DNA of 64,000 nucleotides from Chlamydiota bacterium (GTDB lineage Bacteria; Chlamydiota; Chlamydiia; Chlamydiales; JAAZZY01): NCBI GenBank assembly GCA_022601335.1, contig JAJACV010000053.1, positions 6,293 to 70,292 of the forward strand, read 5' to 3'. Shown piece by piece: positions 62,237 to 64,000 of this stretch (position 1 is its first letter; each line of letters starts with the position of its first letter). The notes under the pieces were generated by a model. It saw only the letters and a program-made list of their open reading frames with translations, ran no database searches and was not told where the DNA came from. The position numbers and the translations under genes were made by a program.

Positions 62237-64000
62237 ATGCTGAAAAAATGTTTTTTTCTATTGTTTCTGACTTTTTATCCTTTCTATACTTTTACGGCGA
62301 CCCAGACGTTCACTAAAACAAGTGGTGGTCCTTATAACTGGAATAAAAACGCAAACTGGAATCCAAATACCTCTTACCCTCAAACAACGGAAGACAAAGC
62401 CATTATTAATAATAATGGCAATCTCAATATTAATCTTTCAGATAGTATCAGTCTTCAAAATATTACGCTAAATAATCAAGTAGGATCAGCGACTACAAAT
62501 GCAATACTAGACCCTAATAATAAAAATATCACTTTTGCAGCGGATCAAGAAAACATTTCGCTCATACAGAATTTATCAGGAAAACAGTACTTGCATATAG
62601 AGCCTACGATCTTACTTGATGAAGGGAATCATACTTTTTTACTTCAAGGCCCTGATGAAGTATTGGAGATAAACACTTTAAATGGACCGACTAATGGAAA
62701 TGCAACTCTTCTAATAACATCGACAGGACAAAGGAATGTTACCAAATGGTCAGGCGGAGGATCTGGAAACCTAGAAAGCATTACATTTGAACTCGAAACA
62801 CCGAGTGACTTTATCATTGAAAAAATTCCAGAGTCATCTCCAACTATAAACCTTTTTACCTCTGGTAGCTTAACTATAAATAATGCGGGATCAGGAACTT
62901 TTTCAGGAGATGTAGCTGGAGGTGGAGCAATTAATATCCAATCGGAAAGCAATTATGAGCTAATTTTCAGTGGAAATATTACAAATAATGGACCCATCTC
63001 TATCTCAGGAGGATCTGTCACTTTTAACAGCGTTCCTCAAACATCTATTTTTGACCTCGATCCCAACCCTTATACGGATGCGGGTACACTAACTCTAAAT
63101 TTAGATACTGACGCTACTTATAGTGGAAGCATCAAAACTACGAATGGGGGAGTCGGTTATTTGAGAAAAAAAGGAAGTGGAACTTTGACCCTATCCGCTC
63201 AATTTGAAGACTCCTCTATGGCTTTTGATATCGATCAAGGAAAAATAATTTTTGAAACGATACCGATAGCTGCTGGTTATGCTCTATCAAATTCATCTAT
63301 TGCAGAATTTTCAATTTCTCCTGGAGTCAAAACTATTTCTTCTCCGATTCTTGGAACAGGTAGTTTTATTAAAAGTGGGGAGGGTACGCTCCAGCTTTCC
63401 TCAAATTTGATGGGTTATACTGGAAATACTTCGATTACTAACGGAACACTCTCGCTTATTCAATCACTAACGCAATCTCCTCAAATTTCCATTTCAGCCG
63501 ATAAAACCCTTCAATTCTCACCTGTTTCTAAGGATACTCAAACTTATGGAGGAAGAATAACTGGTGCTGGAGATGTAGTCATGAATGGAGAGGGGATACA
63601 AATCCTTTCAGGCTCTACTCTTGATTATACAGGAACAACTACAGTAAGTAGCGGCACTTTGCATATTAATAGCTCTACAAGCGTCACAGCTTCAAATTTT
63701 GATGTTAATTCAGGTAGTAATCCAGCTAGCTCAGCCACCCTACGTGGAGAGGGATCTATTTCCGGAAATCTCGTTGTAACTAAAGGCTCTGTTCATGCGG
63801 GACCCGGAGCAGACTCTGTCTTTACAGTAGGCCCTTATACACAAAGCGCCTCAGGAAATCTAAAAGTTACGCTTGAAAGATTTTCATCAGCTAAACTTGC
63901 TGTAGAAGGGGACGCTGCATTGGGAGGAACCTTTGAACCTGTTTTTAGTTCAGGTACGTACCCAAAAGACTCAACCTATACGGTTCTCACCGCAACAGGA
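62237..64000 (+). CDS. Autotransporter-type surface protein (passenger domain with PATR-like beta-strand repeats); 3' end off window
   Basis: Absent from the ORF track. My translation from ATG 62237 stays open to the window end. It gives MLKKCFFLLFLTFYPFYTFTATQ (signal). Repeats include KKGSGTLTLSA, IKSGEGTLQLSSNLMGYTGNTSITNGTLSL and MNGEGIQILSGSTLDYTGTTTVSSGTLHI. Confidence 0.75.
   Translation, partial: MLKKCFFLLFLTFYPFYTFTATQTFTKTSGGPYNWNKNANWNPNTSYPQTTEDKAIINNNGNLNINLSDSISLQNITLNNQVGSATTNAILDPNNKNITFAADQENISLIQNLSGKQYLHIEPTILLDEGNHTFLLQGPDEVLEINTLNGPTNGNATLLITSTGQRNVTKWSGGGSGNLESITFELETPSDFIIEKIPESSPTINLFTSGSLTINNAGSGTFSGDVAGGGAINIQSESNYELIFSGNITNNGPISISGGSVTFNSVPQTSIFDLDPNPYTDAGTLTLNLDTDATYSGSIKTTNGGVGYLRKKGSGTLTLSAQFEDSSMAFDIDQGKIIFETIPIAAGYALSNSSIAEFSISPGVKTISSPILGTGSFIKSGEGTLQLSSNLMGYTGNTSITNGTLSLIQSLTQSPQISISADKTLQFSPVSKDTQTYGGRITGAGDVVMNGEGIQILSGSTLDYTGTTTVSSGTLHINSSTSVTASNFDVNSGSNPASSATLRGEGSISGNLVVTKGSVHAGPGADSVFTVGPYTQSASGNLKVTLERFSSAKLAVEGDAALGGTFEPVFSSGTYPKDSTYTVLTATG

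Noticed and set aside
62644-62952. 102-aa minus-strand ORF.
   Set aside because: It is antisense to the long uninterrupted autotransporter frame, whose repeat motifs clearly support the plus strand.
1-64000. rRNA, tRNA, tmRNA, CRISPR-cas, prophage, conjugation or type III/IV secretion apparatus genes.
   Set aside because: None was recognised on either strand. All intergenic gaps over 150 nt were read by eye, but covariance-model tools (tRNAscan-SE, Infernal) were not available.

Overview
AT-rich, gene-dense bacterial chromosome segment with about 70 protein genes and no rRNA, tRNA or CRISPR that I could find. The gene content points to an environmental Chlamydiae / amoeba-symbiont-type intracellular bacterium; this is an inference, not a database result. 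The supporting genes are an asd-dapB-dapA-dapL operon with the LL-diaminopimelate aminotransferase route, Zn-lid adenylate kinases, a DASS dicarboxylate translocator, many ankyrin-repeat proteins, proteins with Inc-like paired hydrophobic segments, and an autotransporter. The housekeeping backbone includes typA, rnc, queH, grxD/bolA, a pseudouridine synthase, a K+/H+ antiporter, several MFS transporters and a beta-carbonic anhydrase. Accessory material is interleaved with it. (1) Three ankyrin proteins share a conserved tail of one TM helix plus a Cys-containing module and near-consensus sigma70 promoters. Two of them form a recent tandem duplication with in-frame 33-bp acidic repeats and an internal segmental duplication. 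(2) A two-subunit, eukaryote-like ATP-citrate lyase is translationally coupled to an ankyrin-like protein. (3) A BlaI repressor and a sensor-less BlaR1-type M56 protease sit with two paralogous ~130-aa proteins, and a duplicated TACAnnTGTA-type operator precedes two of the genes. (4) Two tandem adenylate kinases are present, one with a signal peptide. (5) There is a umuDC operon. (6) Two insertions are bracketed by duplicated gene 3' ends. (7) IS-like remnants are present. All calls rest on reading the translations and DNA by eye. No searches were run.
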